DNA of 64,000 nt from Candidatus Doudnabacteria bacterium (GTDB lineage Bacteria; Patescibacteriota; Doudnabacteria; UBA920; O2-02-FULL-48-8). This document shows, piece after piece, positions 39,279 through 47,802 of this stretch. Each line of letters starts with the position of its first letter. The stretch's first letter is position 1. The notes below the pieces were generated by a model. It made no database searches. It was given only the letters and a program-made list of their open reading frames with translations, and was not told the origin of the DNA. The stretch is taken from contig JBBCGO010000001.1 of the NCBI GenBank assembly GCA_037200925.1, positions 824,235-888,234 on the forward strand, given 5' to 3'. The translations under genes and the position numbers were made by a program.

Positions 39279-39471
39279 GGCAACCCCCAGGCAATCCACA
39301 GATATTCTCTAAAGCTCCATAAAAGTCCGTCTAAAAGCCGGTTTTTTGATTTGGATTGTTGATTTTGTTTTGATTTGCATAAGTTTAAGTTTAAGTCAGA
39401 TGGTTTAGGCCTAAGTCTGGTTCGTTCCACAAAACTTACTGGATTAGGCCTGGGCCGCTTAAATAATTATT

Positions 39472-40833
39472 TTAATAAGGAGCAGCGCCCGGGGATCCGT
39501 AAAACCATTGCAGATTATCTCCCGCATGTAATGTAAAATCAGCCGCACCTAAATTGGGAACAGTTCCATTGACTGCAAATTGCCAGCCGCTGGAACCGAC
39601 CGGATCGTAGCCGTCAATACTTTGCACAAACTGGCCTAATCCAGTTTGTTTTATTACATACAAGAGGTTGATCTGACTGCAGGCGCTGATCAGCGCCTGC
39701 AGTGCAGTCGGGCTGTTTGCAGTTGTGCCGTCAAAAATCTTGTTGCCGGGATAAGCAATAGTGACATGTGTTCCTCCCGCAGCCGGAGTCTGATAAATAT
39801 TAGGTGTAGGATATGGCGTAGGGTAAGGGGTTGCATAAGGAGTAGCATAGGGCGTTGAATAGATGCCGGGAGTTTGATACGGAGTCGCGTAAGGCGTTGA
39901 ATAAACAGTTGGAGTCTCATATGGCGTAAGGTAAGGGGTTGCATAAGGAGTAGCATAGGGAGTGGCATAAGGAGTAGCATAGGGAGTCGGATACGGGCTT
40001 GGATAAGGCGTTTGATAATTTGATACGGTATTTATCGGCAGAGTATGTCCGGAAAGAGCGATCACAGCATATGCCGTGACCAATCCGGAGCCGCTGGAGT
40101 CTGAAGGATGCCATTTAAAAGTTCCGTCGGAAAGCTGAAGGCTGCTTAAAAAAGCCGTGGCAGAGGCCGGAATGGGCTGGCCTGCGGCTAAAAGGCCCCA
40201 CATAACCCAGGCTGTGGATGCTCCGTCAGCTGACTGTCCCGAAGAAAATCCGTAGCCTCCGGAAGAATCTTGGGATTGGCTGAGGTAATTCACAGCATTA
40301 TTCGGCGACCCGCCGGTGGCAGCCAGGGCTGCAATAGCCGCGGCAGTGGTATTGGAATCAGAGCCCACCCCTGTCGCATACCCCCAGCCGCCGTCGGAAT
40401 TCTGGTGAGACAGAATAAATTGGCGGGAGGAAGAAACAGTGGCATCGCTGATGCCTGCCGAAGCCAAAGCAAGCACGCCGAAAATATCGTCATTGATCAG
40501 GCTTGCGTCGCCGATCTGACCTCCGGAAGACATGCTTTCAAGCTTGGAGACAAAATTCTCAGAGCCGATAGTTGACGGATTGCCGCCGGTGGCAGTGATG
40601 GCCAAGATCCGTTTTTCGTAGTCTGTGGCTATGTTTGAATTCAGGGGAGCGGCCAGAAAACTTTGGCCCAAGTTTTGGCCGACTGAGGCATAAGCCATGA
40701 TAGCCCATTCGTCATTGGCGGGAAGTGTGGCAACGGCCTGCTGTAAATTAGCCGCGTCGGCAAGATTATTGGTAGCTAAAACAGCAACTGCAAATGCCGA
40801 AATAACCGTGAGAATTATTTTTTTGTACTTCAT
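39472..40833 (-). CDS. Secreted alpha-barrel (prenyltransferase-like repeats) plus DUF4430 protein, probable cobalamin-binding protein
   Basis: QNSDGGWG repeats; C-terminal FVQSIDG..GWQFAVNG..GA..GD.LQW (transcobalamin-like); downstream of a B12 riboswitch. Confidence 0.8.
   Translation of the reverse strand: MKYKKIILTVISAFAVAVLATNNLADAANLQQAVATLPANDEWAIMAYASVGQNLGQSFLAAPLNSNIATDYEKRILAITATGGNPSTIGSENFVSKLESMSSGGQIGDASLINDDIFGVLALASAGISDATVSSSRQFILSHQNSDGGWGYATGVGSDSNTTAAAIAALAATGGSPNNAVNYLSQSQDSSGGYGFSSGQSADGASTAWVMWGLLAAGQPIPASATAFLSSLQLSDGTFKWHPSDSSGSGLVTAYAVIALSGHTLPINTVSNYQTPYPSPYPTPYATPYATPYATPYATPYLTPYETPTVYSTPYATPYQTPGIYSTPYATPYATPYPTPYPTPNIYQTPAAGGTHVTIAYPGNKIFDGTTANSPTALQALISACSQINLLYVIKQTGLGQFVQSIDGYDPVGSSGWQFAVNGTVPNLGAADFTLHAGDNLQWFYGSPGAAPY
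39784..40017 (-). repeat. Coding tandem repeat, 18 x Y-x-(T/S)-P (12-bp unit)
   Basis: YQTP YPSP YPTP YATP x4 YLTP YETP ... linker between the two domains. Confidence 0.9.
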
Positions 40834-40911
40834 AAATTTATTAATTGTGAAAGTTTTTAAAGAGAATAGAAAAGAGAGTGTAGCCCGCTGATTATCGGCG
40901 GGCTACGGGGA

Positions 40912-41238
40912 TTAAACCGGTTCCAGTATGTACCCGAGGTTCTCCGGCACCTGATATTTCCCGACATTGAGCGTGGGGGGTCCGCTTTTGACAGGATCAA
41001 GTCCCAACCCTTGGTCAATGCCGATCAGCGAAGCGCCGACGCGAATGCGCGGGATTTTCCCGTTGATGACAAGGTATACTCCGCCGTCCAGATTTTTTCG
41101 CTCTACGACAGTGTAACCGTCACGCTGCAGCATTGTAAGCAGGGGAGTGGTCGAGGTTGGTGCGGTTGTGCTCTTAAGAGAACTGCAAGCTGAAGTAAGC
41201 AGAGCCGCCAGTGAAGCGAAAAATCCACGTCGGTTCAT
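40912..41238 (-). CDS. Hypothetical lipoprotein with twin-arginine-like signal
   Basis: MNRRGFF..LLTSA-C; strong SD; own terminator. Confidence 0.6.
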   Translation of the reverse strand: MNRRGFFASLAALLTSACSSLKSTTAPTSTTPLLTMLQRDGYTVVERKNLDGGVYLVINGKIPRIRVGASLIGIDQGLGLDPVKSGPPTLNVGKYQVPENLGYILEPV

Positions 41239-41349
41239 CACATCCTCCTTCTGAATGTGGTCAAACAAAAAACCTTCTTCCGAACAGAAGAAGGAGTTTT
41301 TAAAAATAAAAACCGCTTTCTCCTGCTCGGGAGTAGCTAAGATAAATTG

Positions 41350-41424
41350 AATTCATATTTGGTTTTCCGGCTATACGGTTGCGGCACAGCGGAGGACTTG
41401 CACCTCACTTACCCGAAATGAATT
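41350..41424 (-). promoter_or_regulatory. Cobalamin riboswitch (compact, class II-like)
   Basis: Minus strand GGGTAAGTGAGGTGCAAGTCCTCCGCTGTGCCGCAACCGTA-TAGCCGGAAAACC closed by AATTCAT/ATGAATT; TTGACA-17-TAGTAT promoter upstream; terminator-like hairpins downstream. Confidence 0.82.
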
Positions 41425-41895
41425 ACTTACAGAGTTAAAGAACGTAAACAAATACTAAATCTAAAAAAAAAGCCTGTCAAATCGACAACATAAAAACCAG
41501 GTGAGAGAACCTGGTCTTTATGTGTGTCGAAAGCCGTGCTTGGAAAATTACGATTTTGGTAACTCCAGGTCGTGAGCTTTCAATTTTGGTATCCCCGGTC
41601 CAGAACAAATCTTCGGTGGTTAAGCCTAATGATTGGGTTCCAGGCTGGAAATAAGCGAATTCAAAAAAGCGGTCTTTGTGTTTCAGCAGGGAAGAGAGGC
41701 GATAGGATTAGGTACAAACTTAAACCATCCTTCATATGTTAGGATCGTTTGCTTGTTTATTGCCTGTGCCCTGTAGCCATGTTTTTGTTTTGTCTTTGTT
41801 TCCGCTCGAGTACTTTACTCTATGTACATTATAGCAGAAAAAGTCGGACTTGTCCAGACCCTACGTAAAAAATCTCAAAAACCGGGAAATTTTAC

Positions 41896-42603
41896 CTAAA
41901 TTTTAACGATCATTGATTTAAAATCTTTTGGTATTCCAGAAAAGAGGGTGGATTTTTTGGAAACGAGGACCATGTCTTCGATCCTGACCCCGAATCTGTT
42001 AGGCAGGTAGATTCCGGGTTCGATTGTGACCACGTCATTTTTTATGATAATGTCTCCTGATGTTGCTTTAAAATTTGGCGCTTCGTGGATTTTTTTGCCA
42101 ACGCCGTGGCCGGTGCCATGAATATAGTTTTTGCCAAAGCCTGCCTGATTGATTATATGACGGGCAGCAAAGTCGATCTCATCGCCAAACTTTCCCTGAG
42201 CGACTTTTTTGATCGCGGCCAGCTGCGCCCTTAAGACGATCTCGTAAATTTTTTCATGTAGTTTATTGGGACGGCCGATAAATAAAGTCCGCGTGAAATC
42301 AGAACAGTAGCCATGAACTTTGACGCCGTAATCCAGCATCAGAAAGTTGTTCTTGCCGATTTTTTTCTTGGAAGGTTTATGATGGATCTCAGCGGAACTT
42401 GAACCAAAAGAAACGATCGGAGGGAAAGCCATGCCATCACTCCCAAGTTTTTTTGCCAGAGAACGAATTTTGTTTGCCAGAGAGATTTCAGTTGCGGATT
42501 TATGCGATCTAAGGATTACTAAAAGCTCCCGGAAGATCTCATCAATGATCCGGGAGCCTGTTTGAATAAATTTGATTTCCTTGGAGGTTTTCTGTTTGTG
42601 CAT
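41896..42603 (-). CDS. M24 Xaa-Pro aminopeptidase (catalytic domain only)
   Basis: DYG..GYCSDFTRT, HGTGHGVG..IHE.P, TIEPGIY, GVRIED. Confidence 0.9.
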   Translation of the reverse strand: MHKQKTSKEIKFIQTGSRIIDEIFRELLVILRSHKSATEISLANKIRSLAKKLGSDGMAFPPIVSFGSSSAEIHHKPSKKKIGKNNFLMLDYGVKVHGYCSDFTRTLFIGRPNKLHEKIYEIVLRAQLAAIKKVAQGKFGDEIDFAARHIINQAGFGKNYIHGTGHGVGKKIHEAPNFKATSGDIIIKNDVVTIEPGIYLPNRFGVRIEDMVLVSKKSTLFSGIPKDFKSMIVKI

Positions 42604-42947
42604 TATTTCATTGAAGCAACAATCTTTTCAAACGCTTTAGGATTTCGCACTGCCAGTTCGGCCAGCATCTTGCGGTTTAGGCCAACCTTGTTTTGATGAA
42701 GCAGTGCCTGGAGCTTGCTGTAGGTCAGACCTTGTTCGCGCGATGCGGCGTTGATGCGGATGGTCCAGAGCTTTTTCATGTCGCGCTTGCGCAGCCTGCG
42801 GTGACCGTATGCATATGAATCCGCATGAAGCAAAGCTTCCTTGGCCGCGATCGCATTGGTGCGCCGGCGATTGGTGAAGCCTTTTGTTCTGGCTAAAACG
42901 TATTTTCTTCGTTTGTGGGCGGCAACGCCTCTCTTTATTCTTGTCAT
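42603..42947 (-). CDS. rplT: 50S ribosomal protein L20
   Basis: MTRIKRG..KRDMKKLWTIRINAA..LNRKMLAELA. Confidence 0.97.
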   Translation of the reverse strand: MTRIKRGVAAHKRRKYVLARTKGFTNRRRTNAIAAKEALLHADSYAYGHRRLRKRDMKKLWTIRINAASREQGLTYSKLQALLHQNKVGLNRKMLAELAVRNPKAFEKIVASMK

Positions 42948-42948
42948 C

Positions 42949-43140
42949 CTAACCTCTCATTAATAATGCTATTTTTTGGTTCGTCTTATGCACTGTCAGG
43001 TCCCGTCGCTTGTTTTTCGTAGTGCTGCCTGATTCACGGGAATTAAAATGCGCCTGGCCGGATTTGCGGCTCATGAGCTTGCCGGAGCCGGTCTTCCAGA
43101 AAGTTTTGGCAACACGCTTGTTCGTTTTCTGTTTAGGCAT
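42949..43140 (-). CDS. rpmI: 50S ribosomal protein L35
   Basis: MPKQKT..K.F..TGSGK; located between infC and rplT. Confidence 0.95.
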   Translation of the reverse strand: MPKQKTNKRVAKTFWKTGSGKLMSRKSGQAHFNSRESGSTTKNKRRDLTVHKTNQKIALLMRG

Positions 43141-43154
43141 CTTTGTAATTAAAT

Positions 43155-43685
43155 TTAATTCTTGGCTTGGGGTCCGATGATGATAGAAACCATGTTGCCC
43201 ATTCTTGTCGGGCCTGCTTCTTTGGTAAAGGGGATAGTAACTAAAGTTTGGAATTTTTTTATAAGGTCAAAAGCCAGTTCCGGGTGTGCCTGCTCGCGGC
43301 CGCGCATGACCACATCAACCTTGACTTTATTTCCTTCCGTGAGAAATTCGCCGGTCTGCTTGGATTTGAAATTAAGGTCATGTTCGCCGATGCGGACCGA
43401 AAGACGAATGCCTTTCATGGTCACTTTCTTAACTTTTTTCTTGGCTTCCTGAGCGGCTTTTTCCTGCTGGTAGCGGTATTTGTCGTAGTTAAGAAGTTTG
43501 ACGACCGGCGGGCGGGCTTGCGGCGAGATCTCGACCAGGTCGACTTCGCGCTCGCGGGCCAAGGACAAGGCTTCTTCGATCTTCATGATCCCGACCATTT
43601 TGCCCTGGTCGTCGATGACCCGGACCTCCGGCGCGCGTATTTGGTTGTTGATGCGGGTTCTAAGTGCTATCGTTTTATTTTTAAT
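43155..43685 (-). CDS. infC: Translation initiation factor IF-3 with non-canonical start (ATT 43685 or ATA 43670)
   Basis: RINNQIRAPEVRVID lies in frame upstream of the first ATG; DLVEISP..PPV.K; GRE..H. Confidence 0.93.
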   Translation of the reverse strand: MKNKTIALRTRINNQIRAPEVRVIDDQGKMVGIMKIEEALSLAREREVDLVEISPQARPPVVKLLNYDKYRYQQEKAAQEAKKKVKKVTMKGIRLSVRIGEHDLNFKSKQTGEFLTEGNKVKVDVVMRGREQAHPELAFDLIKKFQTLVTIPFTKEAGPTRMGNMVSIIIGPQAKN

Positions 43686-43884
43686 GTCTAAATCAAAGGA
43701 ATAATAGAGGAAATAGGGGTCTTGGTCAAGTGCTTGTCTTAAGTGTTGTTTGGGCGTATAATAAAATACAATTCAAAATGCGGACAGGGGTCAAGCATCG
43801 GATTTTGAATTGAGAGGAGCAGTAGCAGACCGTAGCACTTTTTGCTTAAGCAAAAATGCGAAGTGTCTACAAACTGCGACGAGT

Positions 43885-44268
43885 GGGGCTGCTCAGATTC
43901 GACAGAAGTTCTTTGATAAATATTGCAAGTCCGATTAGCCTAATTTCTCGGTTAAAAAAACAAGGCAAATCATAAATGCCAATTCTTTGGTAAGCAAGGT
44001 TAAGAATGCTTTTGCATTCTCTCCTGCTTTGGCTCTCGCTTAATACGTGAAAGCCCATCCGCCCCGCAAAGTCTGTGCGCGGGATACGGGTGTTATATTA
44101 TCCGGACTCACTTTAGCTGGCGCCTGACGGCTTTAGGACACTAAGGGCTTAACTTAAACCGCTTTCGTCCGTTTTTATGGTTTGAGCCAACAATTCAAGC
44201 GGTCCAAACTTGTAGATATATTTGTTAAAATCTTTTGGACGGGAGTGCAATTCTCCCCAGCTCCACCA
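43885..44268 (+). ncRNA. ssrA: tmRNA; tag ORF 43978-44043 ANSLVSKVKNAFAFSPALALA*
   Basis: 5' GGGGCTG..GATTCGAC; 3' GGACGGGAGTGCAATTCTCCCCAGCTCCACCA; ATAAAT-GCC resume context; adjacent to smpB. Confidence 0.93.
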
Positions 44269-44309
44269 AATAATTTTATTTTAAAAACAGCAGGTATCTG
44301 CTGTTTTTG

Positions 44310-44759
44310 TTATACTCGAGTTCTTACAGTCCGGTCCAGGTTTCGTTTCAGTTCTTTTTTCTTGATGGATTCGCGTTTATCGAATTGTTTTTTGCCTTTT
44401 GCTAAGCCAATTTTGAGTTTGATCAATCCTTTTTTTGTGTAGAGTTCCAGAGGTATTAAAGTCAGGCCTTTTTCTTTGCTCTTAGTCTGCAATCGTTCAA
44501 TTTCTTTTTTATGCAGCAGCAGTTTGCGCTCCCTTGATTCATCATGGCCTTCCAGGTTGGAGGCTTGTTTGTATTTGCCGATGTAAGCATTGCGTAAGAA
44601 ACCTTCCCCGGCCCGAATGGTGACGTAAGCACCGGCTAGGGAAGCCTGGCCGGTCTTGGCGCTTTTCACTTCATGACCGGCCAATACTAAGCCGGCCTCT
44701 ACTGTCTCTTCTATAGAGTAATCATGGAATGCTTTTCTATTTTGGGCCAAAGTCGACAT
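44310..44759 (-). CDS. smpB: SsrA-binding protein
   Basis: NRKAFHDY, EAGLVL.GHEVKS, RKLLLHKKEI, GKKQFDKRE. Confidence 0.97.
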   Translation of the reverse strand: MSTLAQNRKAFHDYSIEETVEAGLVLAGHEVKSAKTGQASLAGAYVTIRAGEGFLRNAYIGKYKQASNLEGHDESRERKLLLHKKEIERLQTKSKEKGLTLIPLELYTKKGLIKLKIGLAKGKKQFDKRESIKKKELKRNLDRTVRTRV

Positions 44760-44788
44760 AAGGTAAGTTTATCAGATATAATGTGCTT

Positions 44789-46420
44789 ATGTTAATGAGA
44801 GAAAATATAGAAAAACTCGTATTGAAAGCCATTGCTGATTTGGGAATAACAGCTTCAGAGCAATCGATAGTAAAAATTGCCGTTACATACCCAGACCCTA
44901 AACTTGGAGACTATGCTTCCAACGCCGCTTTGATCTTGGCCAAGGAAGCAAAAATAAAGCCTTTGGATTTGGCAAACAAGATAGTAGAAAAATTAGACAA
45001 AAGCCAGTTTGAAAAAGTGGAGGCAGCGGCTCCCGGGTTTATCAATTTTAAACTTAATACCGAGCAGTTGCTACCACCGGCAACCTATGATCTAAAACCT
45101 AAGACCACGGGTAAAATATTGCTTGAGTATTTTCAGCCGAATATTGCCAAACCTTTGCATATGGGGTTATTAAGAAATGTTATTATTGGCGATGCAATCA
45201 AAAGAATGCTTAAATTTTTGGGTTATAAGGTTGAATCCGACACCCATATGGGAGATTGGGGGACGCAGTTTGGATTTTTGATCTTAGCTAAAAAAAAGTT
45301 TGGCGAAGTCAATGAGAAGCTGTATGCAGAACTCAATGCGGATGAAACTCAAAAAGAAGCTGCGAAACAAGAATTTGTAAATCTGGAAAAAGGAGACAAA
45401 GAAAACCGTAAGATCTGGCAAGAGATTGTGGATTCAAGCTTGAAAGAATTTTTGAAAATCAATGATCAGATGGATATTTTACCGTTTGACCACCATTGGC
45501 CTGAAAGTTTTTATCAAGATAAAATGTCTGATATTCTTGAAAAATTAAAAACAAAAAAGCTTCTTAAAGAATCTCAAGGTGCACAGATTGTGAACCTTGA
45601 AACTCAAGGTTTGGGTATAGCGGTGATTGTTAAATCGGATACGGGTACGACCTATCTTTTGCGCGACCTGGCAACATTTATTTATAGAAAAGAAAAATTT
45701 TCGAAACAACTTTATGTCGTTGACAATAGACAATCACACGTGTTCAAGCAATTGTTTGCAATTCTTAAACTATTGGACGAAATTAAAGAAGCTGAAGCTG
45801 TACATATTGATTATGGATTCATTAGTTTCAAAGGGGAAGTGCTCTCAACTCGCAAAGGCAATATGATTCTGGCGGAAGATGTGATTACGCAAGCCGAAGA
45901 GAAGGTTGCAAAAATTATCGCTGAAAAAAATCCCGATCTGAAAAATAAGGAACATGTCATCAAAGCCGTAACCAAAAGCGCGCTGAAATATTTTGACCTC
46001 AAGCACAACCGGCACAGCGATATTGAATTTGATTGGGATGAAGTTCTGGATTTTGAAGGGGACTCCGGGCCCTATTTACAATACGCTTATGCCCGCTTGA
46101 ATAGTATCCTTAAGAAAGCCGGATCTGAAGGCGAATTTTCTGATATCAAATTTTCAGATACAGAACGCGAAATACTTTTCAAATCTTCGATCTTGGCCGA
46201 AGTTGTTGAGGATGCGGCTAAAGATTATCTGCCGAACATTTTGGCCAATTATTTATTTAATTTTGCCACACTTTTGAACAAGTTTTACCATGAAAGCCCG
46301 GTTACCCAAGAAAAAGATGAGGACATTCGCAATTTCCGCTTGGCTTTGATCGCCAAAGCCAAGGGAACTTTGGGCCGGGGATTGGATCTGCTCGGGATCG
46401 AGGCGCTGGACGAGATGTAA
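44789..46420 (+). CDS. argS: Arginine--tRNA ligase
   Basis: GDYASN, GFINF, PNIAKPLH, GDWGTQFG, LSTRKG, GPYLQYAYAR. Confidence 0.96.
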   Translation: MLMRENIEKLVLKAIADLGITASEQSIVKIAVTYPDPKLGDYASNAALILAKEAKIKPLDLANKIVEKLDKSQFEKVEAAAPGFINFKLNTEQLLPPATYDLKPKTTGKILLEYFQPNIAKPLHMGLLRNVIIGDAIKRMLKFLGYKVESDTHMGDWGTQFGFLILAKKKFGEVNEKLYAELNADETQKEAAKQEFVNLEKGDKENRKIWQEIVDSSLKEFLKINDQMDILPFDHHWPESFYQDKMSDILEKLKTKKLLKESQGAQIVNLETQGLGIAVIVKSDTGTTYLLRDLATFIYRKEKFSKQLYVVDNRQSHVFKQLFAILKLLDEIKEAEAVHIDYGFISFKGEVLSTRKGNMILAEDVITQAEEKVAKIIAEKNPDLKNKEHVIKAVTKSALKYFDLKHNRHSDIEFDWDEVLDFEGDSGPYLQYAYARLNSILKKAGSEGEFSDIKFSDTEREILFKSSILAEVVEDAAKDYLPNILANYLFNFATLLNKFYHESPVTQEKDEDIRNFRLALIAKAKGTLGRGLDLLGIEALDEM

Positions 46421-46486
46421 CTCTACGTTTTTGCTTACGATTAAAAGAGAGTATACTATTAATTACAGATAATTAACCACAAAAAG

Positions 46487-46795
46487 ATGAAAAAAATCCT
46501 TTTAGCCGCTGCTGCCGTCGTGTTGCTGGCTGCCGCCTGCAACAGCCAGCAGGCGAGCAACCCCCCTCCACCGCCTCCAGTCGCGGCCAATCCGCCTGCT
46601 CCGCAGCCCCCTCCACCGCCCACTCCGCCGGCCAAGCAAAATTCGGCGCAAGACCAGGTCGACGCCACTGTTAATGATCTGAACGCGAGCATTAACAGCG
46701 AGAGTGCAATTAATTCGCAATCAGATGCCGACATCGCGAATTCTGACCAGTCGGTCGTCAATGATTCCAATGGAGTCTTAAATGCAAACTATTAA
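46487..46795 (+). CDS. Small Pro-rich lipoprotein
   Basis: Lipobox LAAAC and poly-Pro linker. Confidence 0.75.
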   Translation: MKKILLAAAAVVLLAAACNSQQASNPPPPPPVAANPPAPQPPPPPTPPAKQNSAQDQVDATVNDLNASINSESAINSQSDADIANSDQSVVNDSNGVLNANY

Positions 46796-47543
46796 AAAAA
46801 TTGCAGTCCTCGCTGCGGCTGCAGGCTTGCTCGCAAGCCCCCTGTTTGCTTTAGCTGTCGATACTTCGGTCAACGTTTCAGGGAACGCCAACGTAAATGT
46901 CGGCGCAAATTTTTGCTCCAGAATTAACAGCACTTCCAGCACTCTCAATAATTTGGTAGCCAAACTGCAAAATAATCGCGGCAAGTTCAGATCGCAGATG
47001 CTGCAGTCCTTGAGCAACCGCATCACCAGCCGCGCGTCTTCAGTTGCAAAGATCCGAGCTTCAGCTAAAGGCAACTTTGCCGCTGATATCGCCAAACTTA
47101 ACGCCAAGGCGACAACCGATGCGCAGAAAGCGGCGGTAGCCTCTTTCCAGGTTTCCGTCCAGGCAGCGCAAACTACCCGCCAGCAGGCTATCCAAGCCGC
47201 GATCAGCGCGTACATGACAGCCGTGCAGCAAGAGATCACGAACCGCGAAAACACGGTTCAGACAGCAGCAACCACTTTCCAATCAGCGGTCACCGCAGCT
47301 CTTGCCAAGGCCAAGTCGGACTGCGCCAGCAAGGTGGATTCGCCGACTGCGCGCGCAACTTTTGCCGCCAGTATTTCCAGCGCTAACACTACTTTCAAGG
47401 CTTCCGTGACAGGCCTGGCCACTGGCCAATTGATTGCTTTGGCGCAGACCCGCGACAATGCGATCCAGGCCGCCAACCAAGCTTTCAGAGCCAGTCTGCA
47501 ACAGGCGGTTGTAACGCTTAAAGCCGCATTCGCAACACCGTAA
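46782..47543 (+). CDS. Secreted Ala-rich helical protein
   Basis: Signal peptide; long amphipathic helices; terminator at 47559-47592. Confidence 0.75.
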   Translation: MQTIKKIAVLAAAAGLLASPLFALAVDTSVNVSGNANVNVGANFCSRINSTSSTLNNLVAKLQNNRGKFRSQMLQSLSNRITSRASSVAKIRASAKGNFAADIAKLNAKATTDAQKAAVASFQVSVQAAQTTRQQAIQAAISAYMTAVQQEITNRENTVQTAATTFQSAVTAALAKAKSDCASKVDSPTARATFAASISSANTTFKASVTGLATGQLIALAQTRDNAIQAANQAFRASLQQAVVTLKAAFATP

Positions 47544-47628
47544 ATTGATGATTTCAGCAAAACGTCCCGGTAATCGGGGCGTTTTTGTTTTTGACCGGGA
47601 TTTGTTATAATTGATACAATAATTTAAA

Positions 47629-47784
47629 GGCGCCAGAGTCGGCGATCAACCGACGAGCCGGTAGAAGAAAACCCATAGAACTACCCGCAAGTCCTGCGTA
47701 ACAGGGCAGAATTAAGAGCCAAATTGGGTTGGTACCTTTCCCGACAAGCCGGGAGAACCCAAAGAAAGTGGCTTTTTATTTTTT
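47629..47784 (+). promoter_or_regulatory. T-box riboswitch (Ile specifier AUC, ultrashort stem I)
   Basis: GTCGG-CGATCAA-CCGAC stem I; stem II GGTAG/CTACC; antiterminator TTGGGT-TGGTACC-TTTCCCG..CGGGAGA-ACCCAA; upstream of ileS. Confidence 0.85.
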
Positions 47785-47802
47785 CCGCACCATAACGAGT
47801 TT

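Noticed and set aside
39280-39420. GGCCTAAACC and GGGGTTGCC resemble c-di-GMP-I riboswitch pieces
   Set aside because: GNRA P2 and GCAAA core are missing, spacing is wrong and there is no downstream gene
39784-40017. Possible CRISPR or DGR repeats
   Set aside because: In-frame 12-bp coding repeats with no spacers; no cas or reverse transcriptase gene in the window
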